DNA from: an uncultured delta proteobacterium
GTDB taxonomy: Bacteria > Myxococcota_A > Polyangia > Polyangiales > JAFGIB01
Assembly (NCBI GenBank): GCA_963778655.1
Contig: CAVZVA010000003.1
Location: forward strand, 512,001 to 576,000
Length of the DNA stretch: 64,000 bases
Reading direction: 5' to 3'
Under the pieces are notes generated by a model, which was not told where the DNA came from, ran no database searches, and saw only the letters and a program-made list of their open reading frames with translations. The position numbers and the translations under genes are program-made. Shown here in pieces: positions 51,841-61,334 of the stretch; positions within the stretch are counted from its first letter, which is position 1, and each line of letters begins with the position of its first letter.

Positions 51841-52731
51841 TCAGCGCTCCAAGGGCCCGAATCCCAGCTTCTGCAGTACCTCGTCGAGCTGCGCCGGCGC
51901 CACGCTGACTACGGTCGGCATCCCGCCCTCGAGCCCCAGCAGCTGCAGCAGATCGACGCCGCTGTCGAAGCGCGCCGCAAGCGTGACCGTGGAGGCATCG
52001 CAGACGACCGAGACGCGGGCGCGTTCCTGTCCGAGCATCAGCAGTAGGGTCTTGTCGTACGGCGGCGCGTCCTCAGGCACGCGTACGAATGCCACTTCGC
52101 CGCGCACCTCGAAGTCGGCGGCCACGCGGCGCGCCACCTCCTCGCGCGGACGCAGCTCCTCGGCCGCGCGCTCGATCGCGCGAAACATCTCGCGGTCCCT
52201 CCCGCCCTCGGCCAGGAAACGCACGATCAATCCCCGCAAGCCGTCGTCACGCGGCCGCGCTCGCAGCGCGCGATCGATGACCAGCGCGCGGTCGCTCGGC
52301 TTGCCCAAGCGGGTGTCGATCGCACGGGCGTCGTCGTCCGCGCCCGGATAGGGCTCGACGCCGCCGCGGATCCACTTGGCTGCGGAACACAGGCCGTCGA
52401 AGTCGGTGTGGCAGCAGATCGTGTCCACCTGGCCGGTGCCCTGCACCAGCTCGGGGGTGACCATCTCGGGGCACGCACCATGCTCGGCCTTGGTGCTCAA
52501 CACGAAACGGCGGTCGCCAACGTGGCGCGCGTGCATGACATGATCGTGATGGTCGATCCAGATCGCGAGCCGCGCGCCCAGCCCCGCGATGAAAGGCGCG
52601 GTGACCTTATCGTAAGTCGCACCGCCGGCGCCGGCCGCGAACGCGATGTCGAGCACAGCCACCCGCCCGACGAGCTCGCGCGGTCGGGGCAGCTTGCGGG
52701 GCGTCCCGAACGCGATGCGGGGCATGCTCAT
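51841..52731 (-). CDS. DHH-family phosphoesterase-like protein
   Basis: VLDIAF, WIDHHDH, HTDFDG; the motif order differs from canonical DHH proteins. Confidence 0.6.
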   Translation of the reverse strand: MSMPRIAFGTPRKLPRPRELVGRVAVLDIAFAAGAGGATYDKVTAPFIAGLGARLAIWIDHHDHVMHARHVGDRRFVLSTKAEHGACPEMVTPELVQGTGQVDTICCHTDFDGLCSAAKWIRGGVEPYPGADDDARAIDTRLGKPSDRALVIDRALRARPRDDGLRGLIVRFLAEGGRDREMFRAIERAAEELRPREEVARRVAADFEVRGEVAFVRVPEDAPPYDKTLLLMLGQERARVSVVCDASTVTLAARFDSGVDLLQLLGLEGGMPTVVSVAPAQLDEVLQKLGFGPLER

Positions 52732-52830
52732 GGCGTCCGTACCTTGGGCGCGCCGCCCCTCCGGCGCAAGCCTGCGGTCATGCTGCTGCCCCGGCGCACG
52801 CCGCGTGCGAGCGCGGCTGGGAGGCTGCGG

Positions 52831-54180
52831 TCAAGGGTGCGCGGCCTTGGCGCTCGGCGCGTGCGCCGCCGGCGACGGCGCGTGCGGCAGCTTGGGATGC
52901 GGCGCCACGGTCGGATGCGGCGCGCCGCCTGCTGCCGGCGTCGACCCGCTGGCCGCGGGCGCGCTGCTCTCGGGCGCGGTCGACTGCATGGGGGCGGCCT
53001 CGGTCGTGTCCTCGGCGCCGACCACCATCGCGAGGTCCTCGTCGATCTGCTTGGCCAGCGAATCGTACATCGTGACCCAGCGGTGCGTGGCCTCGGTACG
53101 CGCGTAGTAGAACCCGCCCTGCCCGGTATCGACGCGCACAAGCTCGAGCGAGCCCTTCTTCTTGCCCTCGAGCTTGTACTCGAGCGTCATCACCGGCACG
53201 GCCGCGGTGGCATCGATCTTCAGGTCGCTGCCCGGTTCCTTGCCCTCGTCGAGGAAGGTCCGCACGCGCAGGCGCTCGAGCCGCTGAAACCAGTTGCCGA
53301 ACAGCTCGTTGCGCTTGTCGGGCGCCGCCGCGTCGACCCAGCGCGCGTCCTCGGGGTTGAGGCGGTTGCGGTGCAACAGCCGCCGCTCCTTGCCGTCGGC
53401 CTTGACCACGACCTCGTCGATCTCGGTCAGGGGGAAGTTGTGCAGGTCGGTCTGCATGAACTTGAACTGCGCCGACTGCAGATCGATCAGCAGCTGGCCG
53501 TTGAGCAGATACACCTGCTTGGTGTGCGGGTCGCGCACGTAGGCATCGGCCAGGCCATAGGTGCGGCCGCCGACGTCGAGCGCCAGCTTCTTGCCGCCGC
53601 AGGTCACGCGCAGATAAGTGCCGACCTTGTCGAAGCCGAAGTCGGGCAGCTTCTTCTTGGGCACCTCGCCGATGCCGCGCATCGCGCGCAGCGGCGCCAG
53701 CGACTTGAGCGTGTCGTCGAACTTCTTGTTGGCCAGAAAGGTCACCGGCGCATTGGGGTCGTAGGGCCGCGCGACCTTCGGCTTCTCGGGCGGCTTGGCG
53801 GCCTCGCCGGCCTTCGCCTGCTCGGCGTTCTCGGTCTTGGCGTTCTTGCTCGCCGGTTGGACCGTTTCCTTGTTCTTGTCTTTGTCTTTGTCTTTGTCCT
53901 TGTCCGCGTCCGCCTTCGCGCTCTCGGGCTTCTTGGGCTCGATCAGCTTGCGCTGGCTGGTGATCCAGTACTCGGTGCCCTGCTTGCCCTTCTTCGCCTT
54001 GTACACGATCGTGTGGGTCGGGCTTTCGATCTCGATCTGCGACAGCTGCGGCTCAGCGCACTCGCTGATCGTCACCTGCCCGGGAGCCGCCGGCTCGTCC
54101 TTCTCCTCGTGCGTCCAGGTCCGGTACGCCACCAACAGCCCCAACAGGGCCAGCACTCCCTGCGCCATCACGGCTTTCAT
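52831..54180 (-). CDS. DUF4340-like exported accessory protein of the Gld-type ABC operon
   Basis: N-terminal TM, LPDFGFD...LDVGGRT....AYVR; last gene of the overlapping ABC operon. Confidence 0.65.
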   Translation of the reverse strand: MKAVMAQGVLALLGLLVAYRTWTHEEKDEPAAPGQVTISECAEPQLSQIEIESPTHTIVYKAKKGKQGTEYWITSQRKLIEPKKPESAKADADKDKDKDKDKNKETVQPASKNAKTENAEQAKAGEAAKPPEKPKVARPYDPNAPVTFLANKKFDDTLKSLAPLRAMRGIGEVPKKKLPDFGFDKVGTYLRVTCGGKKLALDVGGRTYGLADAYVRDPHTKQVYLLNGQLLIDLQSAQFKFMQTDLHNFPLTEIDEVVVKADGKERRLLHRNRLNPEDARWVDAAAPDKRNELFGNWFQRLERLRVRTFLDEGKEPGSDLKIDATAAVPVMTLEYKLEGKKKGSLELVRVDTGQGGFYYARTEATHRWVTMYDSLAKQIDEDLAMVVGAEDTTEAAPMQSTAPESSAPAASGSTPAAGGAPHPTVAPHPKLPHAPSPAAHAPSAKAAHP

Positions 54181-56048
54181 GTCTTCTTCTTCTCCGCGCG
54201 GCGGCGCCTGCGACGCGCGACCCAGAAGCCGGCCAGCAAGATCGGCGCCGGCATGCCGAAGGTCGTCGCATAGAACCAGACCTTGTCCTGCTGGCGGCTG
54301 TGCTCGATCGGGACGTCCTCTTCGGAGGTGGTCTCGCCGGTCAGGTCCTCGTTGCCGATCAGCCAGGCCAGCGAATCGACGAACACCAGCATGTTGCCGT
54401 TGTTGGGCGCCACCTTGTTGGTCATGAAATCGCCGTCGCCGACGATCACGGCGCGGCCCTCGGACTCCTTCGCGCTCTTGCCTCCGGTGTTGGGCAGCGT
54501 GACGGCGGCCATCAAGTTGAGAATCTCGTTCTTCTCCGGGCCGTCGAGCTTGAAGTCGCCGTTGAGGTCACGCCAGAACTCGCGGTCGCTGCGCAGCGGG
54601 AAGGTCACCCGCGGCTTGGGCTCGACATTCGCGAGATTTGCCTTCAGCGCCACGGCGTTGACCAGCACCGTGGCAAGCTCGCGCTGATGCCGGGTGGCCG
54701 TGGTCACCGTCGGATGCGAGCTGTAGTGGTTGCTAAAGACCACGCCGCGGTCACTGTCGTTGTGGGCGTGCGCCATGTGGTGTGTGTCGCTGACCACCGT
54801 ACCGGGCAGCAGCTCGATGCCGAGCCCCGCGAGCAAGGGCTGCAGGCCGACGTCCTTGTCGGGGTCGAGCATCAGGAAGAGCTTGCCGCCCTTGCGCGCG
54901 TACGCGAGCAGTGTGGCGGCTTCCTCGGGCATGAACTTCTCGCTCGGCCCCACGATCAACACGGCGCTGGCGTTGCTCGGCACGGCCGTGCCCAAACCCT
55001 CGGCCACGCCGATGTCCTGCGACTTGAGATTGAGGCGGCGCAGGACCTCGTTCATTACGTCGGTGCCGTCCTCGCCCTTCTGCGCGGTCACCCTGGAGTT
55101 GTGCTCGCCGTGCCCCACGGTCAGGTAGAGCGTGCGCTCGGGCCGCACCAGCTTGGTGAAGCTCTGCTGGAAGTTGGCGTCGAGCTTGCGCAAGGTGCCA
55201 CGCGCCTCGGTCAACTCGTTGCCGACGTGGAATGACTGGGACTTGGCCTTGTCGCCGTCCCCCTGCACCAGCAGGACCTCTCCGTTGTCGCGCACGCGGT
55301 GCTTGGTCGCCAGCTTGGGCTCGAGCGCGACGTCGCTCACCTGGTACTTGAACTTCTTGCCCGCGCCCGCGAGCGCCGCGAAGTAGGGCTTGAGCTCGCC
55401 GACCACGTCACTGCCCTGGCGGAAGAACAGAAAAGCCCGCACCGGCTGGTCGAGCTTGCGCACCATCGACAGCGTGCCCGCGCTGGGCTGGCTGGTGCGG
55501 AAGTACGACACGTCCTTGCGCACGTCGCGCACGGTCGCCACGTAGTTCGCGCTGAGCAGAAACACCACCGAGAGCCCGAGCGAGAGCCCGGCGTAGAGCG
55601 AGGCGCGCACGCGGCGTAGCTCCACCGACTCGGCGATCGGCATGCGCAGGTACACCAACTCGACGAACAGGACCGCGAACAGCGACACCAGCAGCGTCGC
55701 CATCCACAGCACCATCAGCACGACCGGCACGCGGGTGGCGGCGTCGCCGCTGAGCGCGAGCTTCTTGATTCCCCAGTCGGTGGTGAGCGCGTACAGCAAG
55801 AGGCTCACCGCGACGCCGCCATACGCGGCCAGCAGGCGCGCCTCCACCCCCCGCGCGTCGCCCTTGGCGCTCGCCCAGGCCTGAATGCGCAGCGCGCCGG
55901 CGGCCACCAGCAGCGCGAGCCCGGCGTAGCTCGTCAGCTCGCCAGGGTTGCCCTCGCCCAGGATACGCTGGCCGACGAACACGGCGCACAGGCCCGCCAG
56001 CAGCAGCGCCGAGGCGAGGATGGTCGAGGTTTTGGCCTTCTCGCTCAT
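54177..56048 (-). CDS. GldG-like ABC transporter auxiliary protein
   Basis: LYLTVGHGEH, LIVGP..KFMPEE, GGKLFLMLDP, GRAVIVGDGDF, N..L...LAWL; C-terminal TM. Confidence 0.85.
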   Translation of the reverse strand: MSEKAKTSTILASALLLAGLCAVFVGQRILGEGNPGELTSYAGLALLVAAGALRIQAWASAKGDARGVEARLLAAYGGVAVSLLLYALTTDWGIKKLALSGDAATRVPVVLMVLWMATLLVSLFAVLFVELVYLRMPIAESVELRRVRASLYAGLSLGLSVVFLLSANYVATVRDVRKDVSYFRTSQPSAGTLSMVRKLDQPVRAFLFFRQGSDVVGELKPYFAALAGAGKKFKYQVSDVALEPKLATKHRVRDNGEVLLVQGDGDKAKSQSFHVGNELTEARGTLRKLDANFQQSFTKLVRPERTLYLTVGHGEHNSRVTAQKGEDGTDVMNEVLRRLNLKSQDIGVAEGLGTAVPSNASAVLIVGPSEKFMPEEAATLLAYARKGGKLFLMLDPDKDVGLQPLLAGLGIELLPGTVVSDTHHMAHAHNDSDRGVVFSNHYSSHPTVTTATRHQRELATVLVNAVALKANLANVEPKPRVTFPLRSDREFWRDLNGDFKLDGPEKNEILNLMAAVTLPNTGGKSAKESEGRAVIVGDGDFMTNKVAPNNGNMLVFVDSLAWLIGNEDLTGETTSEEDVPIEHSRQQDKVWFYATTFGMPAPILLAGFWVARRRRRRAEKKKT

Positions 56049-56061
56049 GGCTCGGAAGATC

Positions 56062-56787
56062 TCATTGCCAGCGTTGGCTCTGCACCACGCGCGTGGCCGC
56101 CAGCAGAGCGAGGTAGACGATCGACGCGTAGTAGACGATGTCGCTGAGCTGAACCAGCCCGCGCATGAAGGGGAAGAAGTGCTCTTCGTACAGCGAGAAC
56201 TCCGCGATGATAGACCCGAACGGAGGGTCGACCACGCGCGACAGACCCCAACATAGGAACAGCACGAAGATGAAGACCGCGGCCAACACGCCCGCCATCA
56301 GCTGGTTCTTCGCCAGCGCCGAGCCCAGCACCCCAAGCGAGAGCGTGGCGGCGCCGACGCAGAGCAGGCCGAAGTAGCCGCCGGCGATGTGCCCGATGGA
56401 GACCTTGCCGTTGACGAAGATCAGCGCCGGCAGGTACAGGCTGAGCAGGGTGAGGACGCTCAGCACCACGAACGCGGACAGGAACTTGCCCACCACGATC
56501 TCGGCCTCGCGCACCGGCGAGGTGTACAGCAACACCAGCGTGCCCGACTGGCGCTCCTCCGCGAACAGGCGCATCGCCAGCAACACCGCCGCGACCGTGG
56601 TGGTGCCGCTGGAGTCGCGCAGGAAGTCGATCAGCACCTGGGACGAGAGCTTGGCGCCGGTGCCGACCGCGCGCGTGTTGAAGAGCAGGCCCTGAACCAG
56701 CAGGGTCGCCGCGGCGACCATGTAGCCGCTGGGCGTGCGCAGATAGCCCGCGAGCTCTCGGCGCGCGATGATGGCGACATTTCTCAC
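56062..56787 (-). CDS. ABC-2 permease, GldF-like
   Basis: IARRELAGYLRTPSGY, MRLFAEERQSGTL.LLYTSPV....IVVGKF. Confidence 0.92.
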   Translation of the reverse strand: MRNVAIIARRELAGYLRTPSGYMVAAATLLVQGLLFNTRAVGTGAKLSSQVLIDFLRDSSGTTTVAAVLLAMRLFAEERQSGTLVLLYTSPVREAEIVVGKFLSAFVVLSVLTLLSLYLPALIFVNGKVSIGHIAGGYFGLLCVGAATLSLGVLGSALAKNQLMAGVLAAVFIFVLFLCWGLSRVVDPPFGSIIAEFSLYEEHFFPFMRGLVQLSDIVYYASIVYLALLAATRVVQSQRWQ

Positions 56788-57782
56788 TGCGCGGCTCCTT
56801 GGGTCGGCTGCGGTGGGCTGGCCGCCTGCGGCGGCTCCGAGCGCGGGGCGGCCGCGCCGCGCGCGCCGCTCAGCTCGAGGAAGATCGCCTCCAGCCCCGT
56901 GCTGCGTGTCTGCATCCCGAGCAGCCCGAGCCCGGCCTGCACCACCGCACGGCTCACCTTCTCGCGCGCGGCCTCGTCGGCGCGCAGCGTCGCCTTCAGC
57001 GTGCCCTGGGCGGTACGCTTGACCTCGAGCTCCGAGACCACGGACAGCTGCGCCAGCGCGTTGCGCAGCGCGGCCTCCTCGCCGGCGATCTCGAGCTCGA
57101 GCCGCAGCCCGCGGGTGAGCCGGGCGGCCAGCTCCTCTTCGCTGCCTTCGGCGGCGATGCGACCCCGGTCCATCATCAGGATGCGGTCGCAGGTCTGCTC
57201 GATCTCGGTCAGGATGTGCGTGCTGAGCAGGATGGTGTGCTCGCCGCGCAACGATGCGATCAGGTTGCGCATGTCCACGATCTGCACCGGGTCGAGACCC
57301 TGGATCGGCTCGTCCAGGATCAGCAGCGACGGCCCGTGGATGATCGCCTGGGCGATGCCTACGCGCTGCCGGTAGCCGTGCGAGAGCGTGCTGATCGGAT
57401 TGTCCGCAACCTCCTCGACGTTGCACTGGCGCAGCACGCGGGTAAAGCGGCTCTTGAGCTCGCTGCCCGAGAGCCCGCGCAAGCTGCCGGCGAAGCGCAG
57501 GTACTCGCTCACCGTCATCTCCGGGTAGAGCGGCGGCACGTCCGGCAGGTAGCCGATCAGCTTGCGGATCGCGTGCGGGTTCTCGACCACGTCGAGCCCG
57601 CGCACGCTGATTCGGCCCGAGGTGGGCAGCAGCAGGCAGCTCAGCAAGCGCAGCGTGGTGCTCTTGCCGGCCCCGTTGAGGCCCAGGAAACCCACGCATT
57701 CGCCCTCGCGGATCTCGAAGCTCAGATCCGCGACTGCGCGCTGCGCACCGTAGTACTTGGAGACGTTTTCGACGACGATCAT
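56784..57782 (-). CDS. ABC transporter ATP-binding protein, GldA-like
   Basis: GLNGAGKST, LSHGYRQRVGIAQA, ILDEP, LSTHIL. Confidence 0.95.
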   Translation of the reverse strand: MIVVENVSKYYGAQRAVADLSFEIREGECVGFLGLNGAGKSTTLRLLSCLLLPTSGRISVRGLDVVENPHAIRKLIGYLPDVPPLYPEMTVSEYLRFAGSLRGLSGSELKSRFTRVLRQCNVEEVADNPISTLSHGYRQRVGIAQAIIHGPSLLILDEPIQGLDPVQIVDMRNLIASLRGEHTILLSTHILTEIEQTCDRILMMDRGRIAAEGSEEELAARLTRGLRLELEIAGEEAALRNALAQLSVVSELEVKRTAQGTLKATLRADEAAREKVSRAVVQAGLGLLGMQTRSTGLEAIFLELSGARGAAAPRSEPPQAASPPQPTQGAAQ

Positions 57783-58044
57783 GGAGACGGCGGGGTCGCG
57801 ACAACCCCCAGACGAACGGTTGGGATCAAATCGAGCGCCCGCTGAGCTAGCAAAACCTACCCCTTGGCGTCAACGCCAGTCGTCCGGCGCCGCGTGCGGG
57901 CCCCAGCCCGCTCACCCGGCCGGCGCTCGCGCCGCCCGTCGGGTCCGCCGGTCAACCCGTGGCGCGGGCCGCCTATTCCCAGCGACCTCCGGGCGCCGCG
58001 GCTGCGGCTTCCCTACGGCCGACCGCTGACCCTATGCTGCGGCG

Positions 58045-59561
58045 GTGTCCATCTCGCTGCCGCGCGCATCGGCAGCGCCGCAAGGCGCCGCGTCCCCGCC
58101 GCCGGGGGGATACCGGCCGCGGCGGCAGAGCGGGCCGGGCGTGGCGCGCGCCTTTGCGCGTGCGCTGGCGCTGGTCTCGCTTGCGGCCTGGCTCTCGCTC
58201 AGCAGCCAGGTCTTGCTGCTGATTGGCACCCGCGGCCTCGATCCGCTGGGCGAGCAGCTCGAGCGCTGGCACGCCGCCGGCCTGGGCGTGCTCGACGAGC
58301 CCACGCTGTTCTGGCTCGCGCACGGCGACGCGCTGCTGTGGATCGGCACGGTGGCCGGCGCGCTGCTCTCCGTGCTTGCACTCGCTGGACTGAACCCGCG
58401 CCTGTGCTTCGCGCTGAGCGCGCCGCTGTATCTGAGCTACGCCACCGCGGGGGGGAGTTCACCGCGTTCCAGTGGGACAACATGCTGATCGAGGTGCTGG
58501 TGCTGGCGGCGTGCCTGCCGCTGCGGCGGCCGGCGCCGATTGCGCACTTCGCGTTTCGCGCGCTGCTGTTCAAGCTCTACTTCGAATCGGGCATAGCCAA
58601 GTGGCAGTCGGTCCTGCACGACTGGCAGGACGGCAGCGCGATGCGCTACTACTACGAGACCGCGCCCCTTCCCGCGACGCTCGCATGGTACGCGCACCAT
58701 CTGCCGCCCGCCTGGCACCGCATCGAAAGCTGGGGCGCGCTCGTGCTCGAGCTGGGCGTGCCCTTCTTGGTATTCGGCCCGCGCCGCGCACGGCTGCTCG
58801 CGTTCGGCGCTTTCACCTCGTTCCAGCTGATCAATACCGCCACCGCGAACTACGGCTTCTTCACCTACCTGTCGATGACGCTGCACCTGTTTCTACTCAG
58901 CGACGCCGACATTGCGCGGGCCGGGGCGCTGCTTTCGCGCGTGGCGCGCCGCCCTGCGCGCGTGGGGGTGTCCTCGGCCGTGGCTGCGGCGCCTGCCCGT
59001 TCCGGGCGCCGGCGCGCCGCGGCGCTCGGCGCGCTCGGGCTGTGGCTGTCGAGCTCACTGGTCGCGGCCGCGATCGCGTTCGCGCGCTCGGACGTGATCG
59101 ATCACAGCTTCGGCGACCTCTACTCGCTGACGGAGCCGCTGCGCGTGGCCAACGTCTACCACCTGTTCGGACACATCACGCGCGAACGCATCGAGCCGCA
59201 GTTTCAGACCGAGCTCGCGGGCCTCTGGAGCGAGCACGACCTGCGCTACAAGCCCGGCGCGCCGGGCCGCGCCCCGCCCTATGTCGCGCCGCACCAGCCC
59301 CGCGTCGATTTCCGGCTGTGGTTCTATGGCTTGAGCTTTCGCCGCGGCATGCCGCGCTACGTCGACACCCTACTGCGGCGCCTGTGCCGCGACCCGGCCG
59401 CGGTCCAGCCGCTGTTTACCTCGGCGCTGCCGGCGGCGCCCGAAGCGGTGCGCATCGTGTTCTACCGCTATCACATGAGCAGCTGGCAAGAGCGCGCGAG
59501 CAGCGGCGACTACTGGACCCGCGAGATGATCGCGGCCACGCGTCCGCGGAGCTGCCGGTGA
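58045..59561 (+). CDS. Lipase maturation factor (LMF1)-family membrane protein, frameshifted in a G7 run near 58452
   Basis: LSSQVLLLIGTRGL, PTLFWL, LYLSY | F.AFQWDNMLIE, LFKLYFESGIAK, YYETAPLP, TANYGFF, PHQPRVDFRLWF. Confidence 0.88.
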
Positions 59562-59621
59562 CGCAGCTCGGGTCACCAGGACATGCCCGCGGTTGGCTCG
59601 CAATCGCGCCAAGCGAGCACG

Positions 59622-59733
59622 GCAGGGGTGAATCGCGGCTGCGCCGCGAGAGGGGAGCGCAGCTCCCACTTCGCGTGGGGTGGGGCCCCAGCGAGCTTTG
59701 CTCGATGGGGAGGGGCGGCGCGTGCCGCCCCTC
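59622..59733 (-). repeat. Structured intergenic repeat, family B copy 2
   Basis: The reverse complement shares ordered hairpins and motifs with 33899-34029. Confidence 0.6.
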
Positions 59734-59757
59734 GTCACCAGAACTGGAGCGGCGCGC

Positions 59758-61143
59758 ATGCGAATAGCACGGCTGTTCCTGTGGCCGGCGGCGGCCTGGG
59801 GCGTGCTGCTGACGCTCGCGCTGGCTGCGTTCGGCATGCCCGAGCACTGGCCTGGCGTGCGCCGGCAACACCCCGCGCCCAACCGCGCGCCTGCGCCCTG
59901 CGCGTGCCGAGACGCCGGCATGCCGGCCGCCCCGGCCGCGGCCGCGCAGCCGGCTGCGGCGACCGCCCCGAGCGCGACCGAGCTCGCGCGCTACCCGATC
60001 TGCGCCCGGGAGGAAGCCGCGCCCGAGCTGTCGCAGCTGCGGCTCGCGAACGACGGCCCGCCGCTGTGGGCGCTGCACTGCGGCTCGAGCGTGCAGCTGC
60101 TGGCGATCGAGCCGGACGGCCCGCTGCTGGTACCGCGGAGGCTCGCGCTGCTGCGCGCGCCGAGCTACAGCCCGGCCGAGAGCGGGCGCGCGGTGGCGGT
60201 GAGCGCGGGCGACATCGACGGCGACGGCCGCGCGGACCTGATCGTGCCCGCGCTGTCGCTGGATCGCGGCGGCGGCCCCGCAGGGGGTGGGCTCTACTTG
60301 CTGCGCCAGCGCGCGCAGGGCGGGTTTGCCGACCCCGTGCGCGTGCTCGGGCTGAGCCCGGGCGCGGCGGTCGCGGCCACGCTCGACGCCCAGCCGGGTC
60401 GCGACCTCGCGCTGCTGCAGCTGCGCGACGCGCGCACCGCGAGCGCGAGCGAGCTGTGGCTGCTGCACGGCGGGCCCTCACCCGCGCGCTTCGCTCAGCT
60501 GCCGGCCGGGGTCGGCGCCGATGCGCTCGCCGCCGCCGATCTCGATCGCGACGGGCTCGACGACCTGGTGGTGACCAGCGCGCGCGAGGGACGCGCGCGG
60601 CTGTGGCTGTCGGCGGACGGCGCCGGCTTCACAGGCGCGCCGATCGTGCTCGAGCTGCCGGGCGTCCGCGAGGCCGTGGCCGGCGACCTCGACGGCGACG
60701 GCCACGCCGACCTCGTGCTCGGCGGCGAGCGCGCTTGGCTGCTGCTCGCACGCCGGGGCTTCCGCGCGCAACCGCGAGCAATCGAGGGCTCGGAGGGGCT
60801 GCGCGACCTGCAGCTGGTCGACGCCGACGGTGACGGCAAGCTCGACCTGGTGGGTTACGCGCACCCGACGGTGGTCGTGCTCGCGCAGGGCTCGGGGCTG
60901 GCGTTCGAACGCCATACCTTGGCCACCCTCCAGGGCGACCTCGGCGTGCTGTTCGCGCGGGTGGCCGGGTTGGACGGCGACAGCAGGCCCAATCTGGTCA
61001 TCGCGGCAGTCTCGAGCGGACCCGATGCGCAGGTGGAGCTCGCGCTGGGCCGCAACCTCGAGCCGGGCTCGGCGCTGCGATTTGCCGTGCGGCCCTCACG
61101 GTTGCGGGACTCACCGCTGCTACAACGCTTCACCCTGCCGTGA
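59758..61143 (+). CDS. FG-GAP/VCBS repeat protein
   Basis: GDIDGDGRADL, ADLDRDGLDDL, GDLDGDGHADL, DADGDGKLDL; N-terminal TM. Confidence 0.85.
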   Translation: MRIARLFLWPAAAWGVLLTLALAAFGMPEHWPGVRRQHPAPNRAPAPCACRDAGMPAAPAAAAQPAAATAPSATELARYPICAREEAAPELSQLRLANDGPPLWALHCGSSVQLLAIEPDGPLLVPRRLALLRAPSYSPAESGRAVAVSAGDIDGDGRADLIVPALSLDRGGGPAGGGLYLLRQRAQGGFADPVRVLGLSPGAAVAATLDAQPGRDLALLQLRDARTASASELWLLHGGPSPARFAQLPAGVGADALAAADLDRDGLDDLVVTSAREGRARLWLSADGAGFTGAPIVLELPGVREAVAGDLDGDGHADLVLGGERAWLLLARRGFRAQPRAIEGSEGLRDLQLVDADGDGKLDLVGYAHPTVVVLAQGSGLAFERHTLATLQGDLGVLFARVAGLDGDSRPNLVIAAVSSGPDAQVELALGRNLEPGSALRFAVRPSRLRDSPLLQRFTLP

Positions 61144-61334
61144 GCGCGGCGGGGAAACCGACTTGCCGGCCCCTGCGGCCGCGAACGGGCGGGTTGCGCA
61201 GCAGCCCCGAAACGGGCCCAGCGCCCCGAACGCGGGTGGGCGCAAAGATCCCTTTTGCGTTCGCACGGGGGAGCGGTTATACAGGCGCCTGGGGAGGGGG
61301 AGTCGGTGAATCGGGGACTCACACGGGGGGGACC

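Noticed and set aside
53870..53905. (TTGTCT)n hexamer repeat
   Set aside because: In-frame DK low-complexity linker; not a frameshifting switch.
52831..57782. Gld-like operon as evidence of Bacteroidetes-type gliding motility
   Set aside because: GldA/F/G-like ABC systems with DUF4340 are widespread in non-gliding taxa; no T9SS genes here.
57790..58040. Possible ncRNA or tRNA in the divergent intergenic region
   Set aside because: No cloverleaf, T-loop or recognisable RNA motif; only generic GC-rich pairing.
61144..61334. c-di-GMP-I riboswitch suggested by GGCGCAAAG
   Set aside because: The GGCAAA and GAAA tetraloop arrangement is not in the required spacing.
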